Assembly (NCBI RefSeq): GCF_002113885.1
Contig: NW_018405126.1
Span: forward strand, 84,867 to 148,866
Origin: Mizuhopecten yessoensis
Taxonomy: Eukaryota
DNA length: 64,000 nt
Direction: 5' to 3'
This document shows, one piece after another, positions 1 to 12,738 of the stretch. The translations under genes were made by a program, and so were the position numbers. Under the pieces are notes generated by a model, which did no database searches, was not told where the DNA came from, and saw only the letters and a program-made list of their open reading frames with translations. Position 1 is the first letter of the stretch. Every line of letters starts with the position of its first letter.

Positions 1-1186
1 AATAAATTTTAAAGTTAATCTAACCGATTGTAGTACGGTTTATGTCTACAAGAAGTTTTATGAGGTGGAATAAAAGACATACTCAAATTGAAAGTGATAA
101 AGTTAAAGCCATATTTTTGATATGCAACTTGTTCAATTTTCTATCATTTAGCAAGCCAGCTAAACATTTAAAACAAAACAGTGGTCGCAAAAGTAAAAGA
201 GATATCTTACAAGTGAAATAAAGATAGCTTTAACACAATTTAAAAGATATGTTTAGTTCAATTAGATATATCTCTATTCCAATCAAACATATCTTTATTT
301 CACTCAGAAGCATCTCTTTTTCATTTAAAGATTTATCCAATACACATTTAAAGATAACTGTTTTTATAAGATATCTCCTAAATTAATAATGATATCTCAA
401 TTGTTCCATCAGATATCGAATATCTCTTTTGGGTATAAAATGCTAAGTTGTTTTGCAATAATACTTAGATAATGATACGCCACAAAACAATTTGTATCTG
501 CATCAATATATGACGATTCGTTTTGAGATGTGTCACATATAACCAACATACCATTAGGCCGTTGTTATCCTGTATACTAACATATGTACTTGAACGTTCG
601 TGTTAACACACTAAATCTAAGATAAATACAATAGATTGCTGCCCTTTCTTTCTTTCTGGGCATACTGCAAAGCTTTTTCCGCAAAATTTATAGTTATCCA
701 TATATGATTGCATCTTCAACCGTCTTACATTGCAGTTCCATCTTATTACATAAAGAAGGCAGTGGAAGAGTTGTTCATGACTGGTATATAACGATCGGTG
801 ACATCGCCATCACCAGAGACATTCACAAACACACCCATACCGAAACACATATGTGTTTTTTTTTCTTCAAAAGATGCATCATTTTCAAATCGTTTCTGAT
901 CGTGTAATGGCACTGTTTCGTAGTTTCCATAGTAACCGTTTGTCTTTATCAATCCTCGCCAGTCGCGTTCATATCTCCTCGCCAGTCGCTTTCATATCTC
1001 AGTAACACCTGCCATTTCTGGTACAGAAAAGTAACGCGTTAAGAATTTAACATAGGTCGATATAGGGGATGATGTGTGGGCAGACATAATTTGCAATTTG
1101 TCTAGTATGTCACCCACTTTATCAGTTCATAAGCTGCATGAGAAAATATCTTTATTGTTGTTGGTCATTTTACATGATTTTAATCT

Positions 1187-1276
1187 TCAATGGCCTTCAA
1201 TCATGAACTTGGTATCCAGTGTTTCGAGTAACTTGGTGTGGTGTTTCCTGAGGATGCGTCGCTCGGCGTCATCCAT
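1187..1276 (-). pseudogene. Relic of a CARD/death-fold N-terminus
   Basis: After acceptor TTTAG, the frame reads MDDAERRILRKHHTKLLETLDTKFMIEGH*, resembling helix 1 of caspase-9-type CARDs (MDEADRRLLRRCRLRLVEELQ). Downstream frames toward about 750 are broken by stops. Confidence 0.45.
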
Positions 1277-1639
1277 ACCTAAACGTCGAAAACAAACCCA
1301 TGATCAGTGTTTCGTTTACGGCTGGACAATACAATAGTATACTGAAGTAAAATCTTGGAAATAGGAGATACACCAATCAATAGCGTTTCCTCAATTATAA
1401 AATGTGCTATACGTACTTTATCAAGAATGCTAAATTATGTAGGTATCAAGGTTTTACATAACTACCATATATACAACTTTGTTTAATCCAGCAAAATCCT
1501 CTACATTGATGAATTTCTGGAAAAGTGGGAGGCACGATTAGAATAATTAAAAACTGCAATTAATCACAGTATGCGAGATTTGTAGTCTGAATTGAAAGTC
1601 AACAGTGGACAATACGACGAAGGTATATATTTCCTGTGT

Positions 1640-3250
1640 ATTATTGTTTGTGCATTATGTGTATCTTTATGCATTTTTGTATAATTATATATGTTTTGTT
1701 AGTATTAATATGTTTTGTGTATATACCTTTTTGTATAATATGTGTATAATTATGTATTGTGTGTATAACTATATGTATCATATGTGAATTATTATTAACA
1801 TGATTTTTGTTTATTACTGTATGCATTCTGTGTGTTTAACTGCATGGGTTTTGTGTGTATAACTGCATGTGTTTTACTGTATGTGTTTTGTGTGTATTAC
1901 TGTGTTTTGTGTGTATTACTGTGTTTTGTGTGAATTACTGTATGTGTTTTGTGTATATTACTGTATGTGTTTTGTGTGTATTACTGTATGTGTTTTGTGT
2001 GTATTACTGTGCTTTGTGTGTATTACTGTATGTGTTTTGTGTATATTACTGTATGTTTTGTGTGTTTGAAAAAACTATTTTGATGTATATTACTGTGTTT
2101 TGTGTATATTACTGTGTTTTGTGTGTATAACTGTGTTTTGTGTGTATTACTGTGTTTTGTGTGAATTACTGTATGTGTTTTGTGTGTATTACTGTGTTTT
2201 GTGTGTATTACTGTGTTTTGTGTATATTACTGTATGTGTTTTGTGTATATTACTGTGTTTTGTGTGTTTATTACTGTGTTTTGTGTGTATTACTGTGTTT
2301 TGTGTGTATTCCAGTATTTTGTGTGTATTACTGTGTTTTGTGTGTATTACTGTGTTTTGTGTGTATTACTGTATGTGTTTTGTGTATATTACTGTGTTTT
2401 GTGTGTATAACTGTGTTTTGTGTGTATTACTGTGTTTTGTGTGTATTACTGTATTTTGTGTGTATTACTGTGCTTTGTGTGTATTACTGTGTTTTGTGTG
2501 TATTACTGTATGTGTTTTGTGTGTATTACTGTATGTGTTTTGTGTATATTACTGTGTTTTGTGTATATTACTGTATGTGTTTTGTGTGTATTACTATGTT
2601 TTGTGTGTATTACTGTATGTGTTTTGTGTGTATTACTGTATGTTTTGTGTGTATTACTGTATGTGTTTTGTGTGTATCACTGTGTTTTGTTTGTATTACT
2701 GTGTTTTGTGTGTATTACTGTGTTTGTTTTGTGTCTATTACTGTATGTGTTTTGTGTGTATTACTGTATGTATTTTGTGTGTATTACTGTATGTGTTTTG
2801 TGTGTATTACTGTATGTGTTCCGTGTGTATTACTGTATGTGTTTTGTGTGTATTTCTGTATGTTTTGTGTGTATTACTGTATGTGTTTTGTGTGTATCAC
2901 TGTATGTGTTTTGTGTGTATTACTGTTTGTGTTTTGTGTGTTTTACTGAATGTGTTTTGTGTGTATTACTGTATGTGTTTTGTGTGTATTACTGTATGTT
3001 TTGTGTGTATTACTGTATGTGTTTTGTGTGTATCACTGTGTTTTGTTTGTATTACTGTGTTTTGTGTGTATTACTGTGTTTGTTTTGTATGTATTACTGT
3101 ATGTGTTTTGTGTGTATTACTGTATGTGTTTTGTGTGTATTACTATTTGTGTTTTGTGCGTATTACTGTATGTGTTTTGTGTGTATTACTGTGTTTTGTT
3201 GGTGTTATTGTATGTGATTTATGTGTATTGTTATTGTATCATCACTGTTT
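1640..3250. repeat. GT-rich minisatellite, 19/23-bp units
   Basis: Units TACTGTGTTTTGTGTGTAT and TACTGTATGTGTTTTGTGTGTAT interspersed, degenerating at both edges; explains the Cys/Val/Tyr ORFs. Confidence 0.95.
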
Positions 3251-4598
3251 GTAGTGTTTTATTTTATTAGCTTTGCGTTTGCACGACAACACAAGAATAT
3301 TGTAGATTAATTCGTGAATATATGTGCAGGACATTACATATCCGATTAATAGTGCAAATGATATATGTGTATGTTTGTCTCGACGTAAACATGAAAGTGA
3401 ACATTCTTGTACACACACTTACTCACTTTCCGTACCCGATATAATATACTGTGATTATCCCCATGAACACTGTATAAATGATAATGGTTTCTTCCATAAG
3501 AATGTCCATACATGTAGCACACACGCATGACAAACGCTTGTTATTGTTCAAGTCAATTTAGTAATTTCGCATTGCGGAAGTAATATTCCGGAAGTGACAT
3601 TACGTCATATGGTGTTAACTCTTCCAGTTCAAAGGTGTGAACAGTTTCAGGGGTGAATGAGTTAATCTGTCGTAAATGGGACCGCTACTCTATCATTTCA
3701 TAAACTACTAGGTTTCTGACTTACAATGAGCAGAAGCGAGATCCATCCGGGTATGTTGATAACAAGCTCGTCGCTGGATAAGACTGGAAAACCCGTAACC
3801 AAATATTTTCTTTTCACTCAAATGCACTTGTGTGCAGAAATAAGTACACATACAGTGTTAGCTCAGACAACATGACACGCGTGACTATTGGGTGACGCGT
3901 GTGACGGTCATTTAAATAATAAGGGGAATTTATATAGAATTTCAAAGGCACAATAGGTATTCTAGAATTGTGGCATGACAGCGTTAAGGTGTAATGGTAA
4001 TCACTCACCTGTAACGTTTGCCCCATCAAACAGCCAATATCTTACTGTCACCATTAAACGCATTCACATTTTAAAAATTGAATTAATGTACTCTTTATTG
4101 AATTAATGTACTCTTTATTGAATTAAACCTCTTTTTACTATGGACATCGCTATTAAATAATGGCTAGTGAATTAATACAGCATTGCTCATGTAAGTTAAG
4201 ATAGTGACCAGGATGAGTTGTTCTTTAAGCGAGAAAGATGTTAAGGAGGGAGATGACACCTACTGTAGCTGCGATAACGTAGCTTTCTATATTGCGTCGG
4301 GCAGAGGAGGCCGGGTATTAATATTAGTACTAGTCACCTACCTGGCCGGCAATACACCCATACCTGACAATGAGCCATTCAACATCCACAGTAGCCAAGC
4401 ATCAATATCATCCAATACTTCCTATCCTATTGTCCTTTATAAAACTGTCGGCCTCTGTGTGTATTCCAGGACAAATGTAGTAGAAGAGCTCGGTGAAAAT
4501 AGCATATATTTAGTATACTAACAGCTTTGCTAACATAAATAAGCGAGTTAAAAGTTTTCCTCTCATTCCTGTGCGTATCTGACAGAACTGTCCACCGT

Positions 4599-6372
4599 AA
4601 AAAAGGCTGTCTTACATCCTGTTTCCATGAGTGAAGATGTCACAGTGGGACAATAATGACGTGACGTCAAACGCGAAAGCTACACGGTTCTCCTTTGTTC
4701 TTACTTAAAAAATCAAATTTCAACGCGGTATACCCGAGGTATTCATTTACCGATTCTTGCGCAGTTGGTCTCATCTGAAAGCTGGTAAACTTTTCTTTCG
4801 AAAAATATGCGTGTTTTTTTTAAACATTTGACCTTTGTGACCTTGAATGTTGATCAAGGTCAACTGGGGTTTTTTTCAAACCTGATAGCCAAACATCTGA
4901 TCATCCTACAGATCAAATATCACGACTCTAGACCTCCTAGATTTCGGGGAGAAGTATTTTAAGGGTTGTTACCCAAAATATCACTATTGAAATTTGACCT
5001 CTACCGAAAACCGGAAGTTGACTTCTGAGACAAAAATGTTTCCTTAAAAATTATGCAATTATATGCTGTCAATATCATACTTAAACAATTATGTAAATGC
5101 CACAAATCGTTTTCGAAATATTGTGGTTCATTTAACCTTTGTGGCCTTTAAAGTCTAGGTCAACCCTTTTATCAAACCTAATAGCCAAATATCTTAGCAT
5201 CTTACTGATCAAATCTCAAGACTCCAGACCTCGTAGAACTTGAGAAGTTTTTTAGAGGTTGTTATCCAAAATAGCACTCTTGAACATTAACCCCTACCAA
5301 AAACCAGAAGTTGACCTCTGAGACAAAAATGTTTCCTGAGAGAAATTTGCGAATTTAAACCCTCTACATCATACTAAAATATTATGTAAATGCCTGAAAT
5401 GGTTTTCAAAATATTTTTGGTTTAAAGATTTTTTTGAACATTTGACCTCTTTGACCTTGCATATTTATCAAGGTCAACCATGTTTTCAAACCTCTAAGCA
5501 TCCTACAGATCAAATATCAAGACTAGACCTCGTAGAACTTAAGAAGATTTTTAATGCTGTTACCCAAAATAGTGCATTTGATCTTTGGCTCTTCCTGAAA
5601 CCGAAAGTTGACTTTTGACACAAAAAAGTTTCCTAAGAAAAACATATGTTTTGTTTGTCTACAAAACATTTCCAAAGATGAATTTAATAGCTTCATTACA
5701 ATAATGAGTTATTGTAATGAGGTAAAAACGGATATGACATCATGGCGGCCATAATGTTTTTTCAATGAAGTAAAAAAAAATCAACAAATTAGGTAAGACA
5801 TCTGGGGAAACATTTATACCATGTTGAAATGAATTTACCATCATAAACATCGGGGGAAAATTGGTTTTAACATGTTGTCTGCAGTTTGAAAAAGTTCAAA
5901 GGAAATATTCAAAGTGTTAGCGATAAATTTTACAGAAAAACTGAAAGCATCAAATTAATTAGAATGGAATTCCCCATCGACAACAGAAAAAAAGATTAAA
6001 AAAAAAAAGTTGAAAAATTGGTGACCTTTGACAGTGATAATTTTTATTTGACCTTGTCATAAAAAAGATAGCCCCAAAATAAAGTAAATCTACAAATATT
6101 TTAATGGCATGGATAAACGATTTCGAGTTATGGCCATTTGCAGTTTTTAACCTATGACGTCATGGCAGCCATACTGGATGTTTGACCTACTTGAAATGTT
6201 GCAAAAACACCTTTAGACATTGGCCTTTAATATGCTTGAAAGACTACTAACATATCTGCTGCCAATCAAAATATTCGGTGGCCTGGCCACAAAATCATGG
6301 CAGAAGAATAAGAATAATAAGAAACATAACAAAAACAATAGGTCTTTTCATCATAAGTGAAAAGCCCTAATT
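4599..6372 (-). mobile_element. Non-autonomous Helentron/HINE-like element with internal degenerate tandem repeats
   Basis: End at 6300-6372 has a hairpin and (AAG/AAT)n microsatellite. Interior has repeated TTTGACCT/GATCAAAT/CCGGAAGTTGAC blocks. Left boundary approximate. Confidence 0.55.
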
Positions 6373-6479
6373 ATCTTGGTACAAGATGACAGTAATTTTA
6401 CTATGTCAAGTGATCTCTTAGTAAAGTGATGGAGATAATACTAAAATAAAGAATACCAACCAAATACTAAAGAAATAGT

Positions 6480-7220
6480 GGGATACAGTTTATGAAAATG
6501 AAATATTCTGGAAATTGTAAACCAATCTATTGCCAACAGAAAATGTAGAGATTTCCAATGGACATAGTTTCAACTAATTTTAAGCTAATGAAGATGGGAC
6601 TTTCAGATGGAAAATATGATTTCTGTCATGTCGACCTCGAGACACAAAAACATTTGTTTTATAGATGTAACTTCACTAAACGAGTATGGAAATTAATTAT
6701 ACCATATATACACAAAGCTATTAACAGTATCTTTCTGTCACAACTAGTTTATAAACTTTCTGCAACAGATGTTATGTTCGAATGCCATAACCTAAACATA
6801 AATGTTAACCTAGTTATCAATCTAATGATACTTACAACGAAATGGTATATTTGGAAATCAAGAAATAAACTGAAATTAGAAAATGATGTTGTTGTAAATA
6901 ATCAATACACTGTAAACAATATAAAACAGTTTTTAAATATGAACATTTAAATATTAAAAAGTTCAAATAAGTATTCCTATATCTGGGAGTCATTAAAGAA
7001 TTTGTTTGATTCTTAATGAGTAGTGAGATAAGGATAGGTTTAAAGATACAAAACTTAAGCGAAAACAAATGTGTATCATGTATAATGTATTGATTTATTG
7101 GTGAAAATTTTACAAAAAATCCTAGAGCTTAGATGCAATGTATAAGTACATGTAAATTGTGATTGGAAAAAATTAACTGCAAACATTGACAAGAATGAAA
7201 AAGGAATGAAAGAATGAATG
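6480..7220 (+). mobile_element. Degenerate 3' fragment of an L1/Tx1-type non-LTR retrotransposon (zf-RVT-like C-terminus)
   Basis: ORF 6558-6950 has FC....ET..HLF..C....VW and KWYIWKSRN motifs typical of the LINE ORF2 C-terminal zinc knuckle; followed by a (GAAT)-type tail near 7190-7220. Confidence 0.75.
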
Positions 7221-7248
7221 ACTTAATAGTATCAAATTTGAATCAATT

Positions 7249-7997
7249 AACAAGAGGCCCAATGGGCCTGCATCGCTCACCTGGTATTTATCTCACACTT
7301 GTAATCTCAAAAGTGGACTAAATACAGCTACAGGCAGAATATCAGTGTTTGAATCATAGGAACCTATTAAAAGATTTAAACATATGATGTCTGTGACCTT
7401 GAATGTCAAACAAGGACATTAGGTAGAAAGTGAGTCAAGGTCATTCATTTGAACAGACTTGGTAGCCCTTCATCCCAGCATGCTACAGGCCCAATTTCAG
7501 TACCCTGTGCCTTTTGGTTATTGAGAAGAAGTGGTTAAAAGATTTTACGACATTTGCCCCCTGTGACCTTGAAAGTGGGTCAAGGTCATTTTTTTAACAA
7601 ACTTGGTAGCCCTTCGTCCCAGCATGCTACAGGCCCAATATCAGTTCCCTAGGCATTTGGGTTATTAAGAAGATGTTTGAAGATTTTAAGACATCTGACC
7701 CCTGTCACCTTGAAAGTGGGTCAAGGTCATTCATTTAAACAAAATTGGTAGCCCTTCCTCTGTGCTTGCAACAGGCCCAATATCAGTACCCTGGGCATTT
7801 TGGTTATTGGAAGAAGACGTTTGAAGATTTTAACATATTTGACCCCTGTGACCCTGAAAGTGGGTGATTTGTTCATTTGAACAAATTTGGTAGCCCTTCA
7901 TCCCAGTTTGCTTCTGGCCAAATATCATCACCCTAGGCCTTGCGGTTATTAAGAAGAAGTTGTTTAAAGTAAAATATTGACGACGGTGAGCTAAAAA
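7249..7997 (-). mobile_element. HINE-like element carrying 4 units of an about 143-bp repeat
   Basis: AACAAGAGGCCCAATGGGCCT palindrome plus GCTCACCTG at one end and GGTGAGCTAAAAA at the other; GGTAGCCCTT recurs at 7461, 7605, 7747 and 7889. Confidence 0.75.
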
Positions 7998-8249
7998 TGA
8001 TACTTTGCATCCATGCAGTTAGAGTGTTTCAGGTTCTTTTAATGACATTAACTATGATGAGAAAGACTTAACAAAATGGGGTGAATACTGGCAGACGGGA
8101 ATAAAGAGCACGTCTTCTTTTAGCAAATGAGTGAAAGAATAGAAAAAAATGCCTCTTGTGAGGGCCTATTTTTGGACAAGGAGGGAATCCAGGGCTCCTC
8201 AACCCTGGCCCACCTTATAAATGTGCTGAGGAGATAAAAAGTCATTATG

Positions 8250-9010
8250 AAACAAGAGATCCCAGAGGGATCTTGCGCCCACCATCGTACCATCTTCATT
8301 AGTTCTATGTCAATTTGATCTTTTCTCTTATCTGTTTGATCAGTTTGCCTGTCCCCCATCTTAATCTTTTTATCAACCTCAAAAGTTAACATACACAACT
8401 CAGGACCAAGGGGAACCTTCATATCTAATTTGAGAAAGATTCCTCGTGTACATTCTGAGAAATAGCGGTAACAAACTTAAACTGTAACAAGATGACCGCC
8501 TGTCAACATCTTGGTGTTCAGATCAGTCTAAACATTTGATAAGAATAACTAAGAACCAAGAAGAAACCCTTATGTGAAATTTGAGAAAGATCACTTCGAT
8601 ACTTTTTTTGAGCAATATTCAATACAGCCACCTGCGGTTCATCTTGGTTTTCGAATCATCCCCAAATTTCGAAATGCAGAGCTATAGGAACCATGGGGAT
8701 CACCTTCATGTGAAATATGAGAAAGGCCGGGCCCTGCTGTACATTCTGAGCTTACAAACTTTCATTCTCAAATTCAAGATGGCTGGCTGTTGGCCATCTT
8801 GGTGTTGCCATTAGTCCCAAAAAAACAATATGCATAACAAGGGACCATGGGGAACTTTCATGTGAAATTAGAGAAAGATCCCTCCAGTACTTTCTGAGAA
8901 ATAGCGCAAGGATTGTTGAAGGACGGACTGAATGCAGACGGAATGACCCACGGACCAAGGACGCAGGGTGATTTGAATAGCCCACTATCTAATGATGGTG
9001 GTCTAAAAAA
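8250..9010 (-). mobile_element. HINE-like element, second family, with internal tandem units
   Basis: AACAAGAGATCCCAGAGGGATCTT palindrome at one end, GGAC-type microsatellite and GGTGGTCTAAAAA at the other; repeated TGAGAAAGATC...CTGAGAAATAGC blocks. Confidence 0.65.
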
Positions 9011-9472
9011 AGAGGAACAAACCAAGTGGATTTTTGTAAGATTTTATTGGACGTTTCCATTAAATATCCTTTGGTCCACAGTGACCTATAACATGGGTGC
9101 ATCAACACTCTATAGAACAAAGCTTCCTCATACACAGTAACATTGGTATCGTATCAGACACAGGCAGGCTTTGGTAATCTTATACTGAGGTGGACGTTTG
9201 GGGACATTGTTCTTACAATAAATCTGTAAAAAAACAACCCATATTTACAGTCAGCGTCCATTCTCTGATACTCACAAGACATGTTTCACAACAAAGTGTC
9301 CAATACCCTCTACCACGTCTTGCATGGTAAAACACTAAGGTATCTTATGCTGATAAAAGGGTGTGGTGTTTAAGAGAGGGAGTTCATTGTACGTAACATG
9401 TTCATGCTACGGGCGATTTACAGTTGCATGTATAAATGTATTTAAATGTTCTTCCTTTCATTTAAGAAAATA

Positions 9473-11640
9473 ATACAGTATGATGTTAGGCTCTGTGGGA
9501 TACAGTATGATGTGTGGCTCTGTGGGATACAGTATGATGTGTGGCTCTGTGGGATACAGTGTGATGTGCGGCTCTGTCGGATACAGTGTGATGTGCAGCT
9601 TTGTGGGATACAGTGTGATGTGTGGCTCTGTGGGATACAGTGTGATGTGTGGCTCTGTGGGATACAGTATGATGTGTGGCTCTGTGGGATACAGTGTGAT
9701 GTGTGGCTCTGTGGGATACTGTGTGGCTCTGTGGGATACAGTATGCTATGTGGCTCTGTGGGATACAGTGTGATGTGTGACTCTGTGGGATACATTATGA
9801 TATGTGGCTCTCTGGGATACAGTATAATGTGTGACTGTGGGATACAGTATGTGTGGCTCTGTGGGATGCAGTATGATGTGTGGCTCTGTGGGGTCAAGTA
9901 TGATGTGTGGCTCTGTGGGATCCAGTATGATGTGTGACTCTGTGGGAGACAGTCTGATGTGTGACTCTGTGGGATACTGTATGATGTGTGGCTATCTGGG
10001 ATACAGTATGATGTGTGGCCCTGTGGGATACAGTGTGATGTGCGGCTCTGTGGGATACAGTGTGATGTGCGGCTCTGTCGGATACAGTATGATGTGCAGC
10101 TCTGTGGGATACAGTGTGATGCGTGGCTCTGTGGGATACAGTATGGTGTGTGACTATGTGGGATACAGTATGATGTGTGCCTCTGAGGGATACAGTATGA
10201 TGTGTGACTTTGTGGGATACAGTATGATGTGTGCCTCTGTGGGATACAGTATGATGTGGGGCTCTCTGGGATACAGTATGATGTGTGGCTGTGTAGGATA
10301 CAGTATGATGTGTGGCGCTGTGGGATACAGTATGTGTGACTCTGTGGGCTACAGTATGATGTGTGGCTCTCTGGGATACAGTATAATGTGTGACTGTGGG
10401 ATACAGTATGATGGGTGGCTCTGTGGGATACAGTATGAGTGACTCTGTGGGATACAGTATGCTGTGTGGCTCTGTCGGATACAGTATGATGTGCAGCTCT
10501 GTGGGATACAGTGTGATGCGTGGCTCTGTGGGATACAGTATGTGTGACTCTGTGGGATCCAGTATGATGTGTGGCTCTGTGGGGTAAAGTATGATGTGTG
10601 ACTCTGTGGGCTACAGTATGATGTGTGGCTCTCTGGGAAACAGTATGATGTGTGGCTCTCTGTGATACAGTATGATGTGTGACTGTGGGATGCAGTATGT
10701 GTGGCTCTGTGGGATGCAGTATGATGTGCGGCTTTGTGGGATACATTATGATGTGTGACTCTGTGGGATTCAGTATTATGTGCGGCTTTGTGGGATACAG
10801 TATGATGTGTGGCCCTGTGGGATACAGTGTGATGTGCGGCTCTGTGGGATACAGTGTGATGCGTGGCTCTGTGGGATACAGTATGTTGTGTGACTCTGTG
10901 GGATAAAGTATGATGTGTGGCTCTGTGGGGTCAAGTATGATGTGTGGCTCTGTGGGGTCAAGTATGATGTGTGGCTCTGTGGGGTCAAGTATGATGTGTG
11001 GCTCTGTGGGGTCAAGTATGATGTGTGGCTCTGTGGGGTACAGTATGATGTGTGACTCTGTTGGATACAGTATGATGTGTGACTCCTGTGGGATACAGTA
11101 TGATGTGTTACTGTGGGGTACAGTATGATGTGTGACTCTGTGGGAGACAGTCTGATGTGTGACTCTGTGGGATACAGTATGATGTGTGGCTCTGTAGGAT
11201 ACAGTATGATGTGTGGCTCTGTGGGATACAGTATGTGTGACTCTGTGGGATACAGTATGATGTGTGACTCTGTGGGATACAGTATGATGTGCGGCTTTGT
11301 GGGATACCGTATGATGTGTGGCTCTGTGGGATACAGTATGTGGGACTCTGTGGGATACAGTATGATGTGTGACTATGTGGGATACAGTATGATGTGCGGC
11401 TTTGTGGGATACAGGATGATGTGTGGCTCTGTGGGATACAGTATGTGGGACTCTGTGGGATACAGTATGATGTGTGACTATGTGGGATACAGTATGATGT
11501 GCGGCTTTGTGGGATACAGTATGATGTGTGGCTCTGTAGGATACAGTATGATGTGTGACTCTGTGGGATACAGGATGATGTGTGGCTCTGTAGGATACAG
11601 TATGATGTGTGGCTCTGTGGGATACAGTATGATGTGTAGC
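9473..11640. repeat. 27-bp minisatellite array (about 80 units)
   Basis: Consensus GGATACAGTATGATGTGTGGCTCTGTG; the 9-aa periodicity of the overlapping ORFs (CGSVGYSMM / SYCIPQSHT) reflects the unit. Confidence 0.95.
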
Positions 11641-12650
11641 TATAAAGCAGTGCTGTAGTATACTGTCATTATAAGAAAGGGAATAGAGACTATTAAGGTT
11701 ACCGGTAAGTCAATAGGTGTTGTTCTTGTCAAATGGGATTGAGACCATGTGACACGTACATATCACACCCCTCATAATAAGATAACAGAGACCACACACG
11801 AGAGAAATGTACTATTTGTACATACAAATATAACAAATCATTAACCTTCAAACATTGCTATTACACACCATTATAATTGTTTGCAATTGTTTCTGCAATT
11901 CTCTTAATTACTGCATATATGTCATTATTGGCAATTAAGACAAAATTAATTGTATATTATACATATTACTACGATACATTTACAATCTGATTATGATACA
12001 TCATACACAAGCTTACCTAAGTGCATGGCTGCTTTAACAGACATCAGCTTTTGAATTATTTCTATGCCATCCCATACACAGATACTGTTTTGACATTATC
12101 CAGTTATTTATCTGTGTTAATATTCCCTTTGATCATCCTAATAACACCAGTTTAAGCCACAGCATGAGTTAGAAAAAAAATATCATGTAATTAATTGAAT
12201 GTTTTTTGTACATTCTAAAAACAGATCAAGATCAAATTATTGTAATACTGTAGTCTTACAGCCTTTTTTCTACCGGATATGATTTTGCCGATCTGCGACA
12301 CGGTGCCTGTCAAAAATATCTCGCTGTGTAAACCTCTATCACTGTTGGATTATGTATTAATATTGAAGCCTTTTCTTAATGAAAAAAAAGTCTTTTTTTT
12401 GTTCAAGCGCATGTCCCATTGATATACTACTGGAGAAGATTTCAAACGGAATAATACTAAAACTACGCGGTGGAAATTAACCGATGAAAATGTGAAGATA
12501 TGTAAGATATCTGATGAGTACACATACATAAAGATGGTATTGAGTAGTGACATCACACGACATCAGGCAAATTAACCACTTACAAACAGAAGCGAAAATC
12601 CTTGTTGTCCTTATATATATGTGTGTGTGTGCAGGGAAATGTTGAATTCT

Positions 12651-12738
12651 TTAACTCAGTCACCCCTGAAAACTAGGGGACTATTCCAACCTTTGATTTG
12701 GAAGAGTTCAAACGTGTCTTCAGGGGGGAATGAGTTAA
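12651..12738. mobile_element. About 90-bp TTAA-bounded MITE
   Basis: TTAACTCA.TCACCCCTGAA / TTCAGGGG.GAATGAGTTAA terminal inverted repeats; relatives at 18842-18932, 3614-3664 and 20140-20202. Confidence 0.7.

Noticed and set aside
1855-3270. Long Cys/Val/Tyr-rich ORFs up to 384 aa
   Set aside because: Open in all three plus frames because the minisatellite lacks stops; no evidence of coding.
9442-11658. 434-aa His/Thr-rich and CGSVGYSMM ORFs; superficial CRISPR-like periodicity
   Set aside because: Pure 27-bp tandem array with no unique spacers and no cas genes; ORFs on both strands are repeat artefacts.
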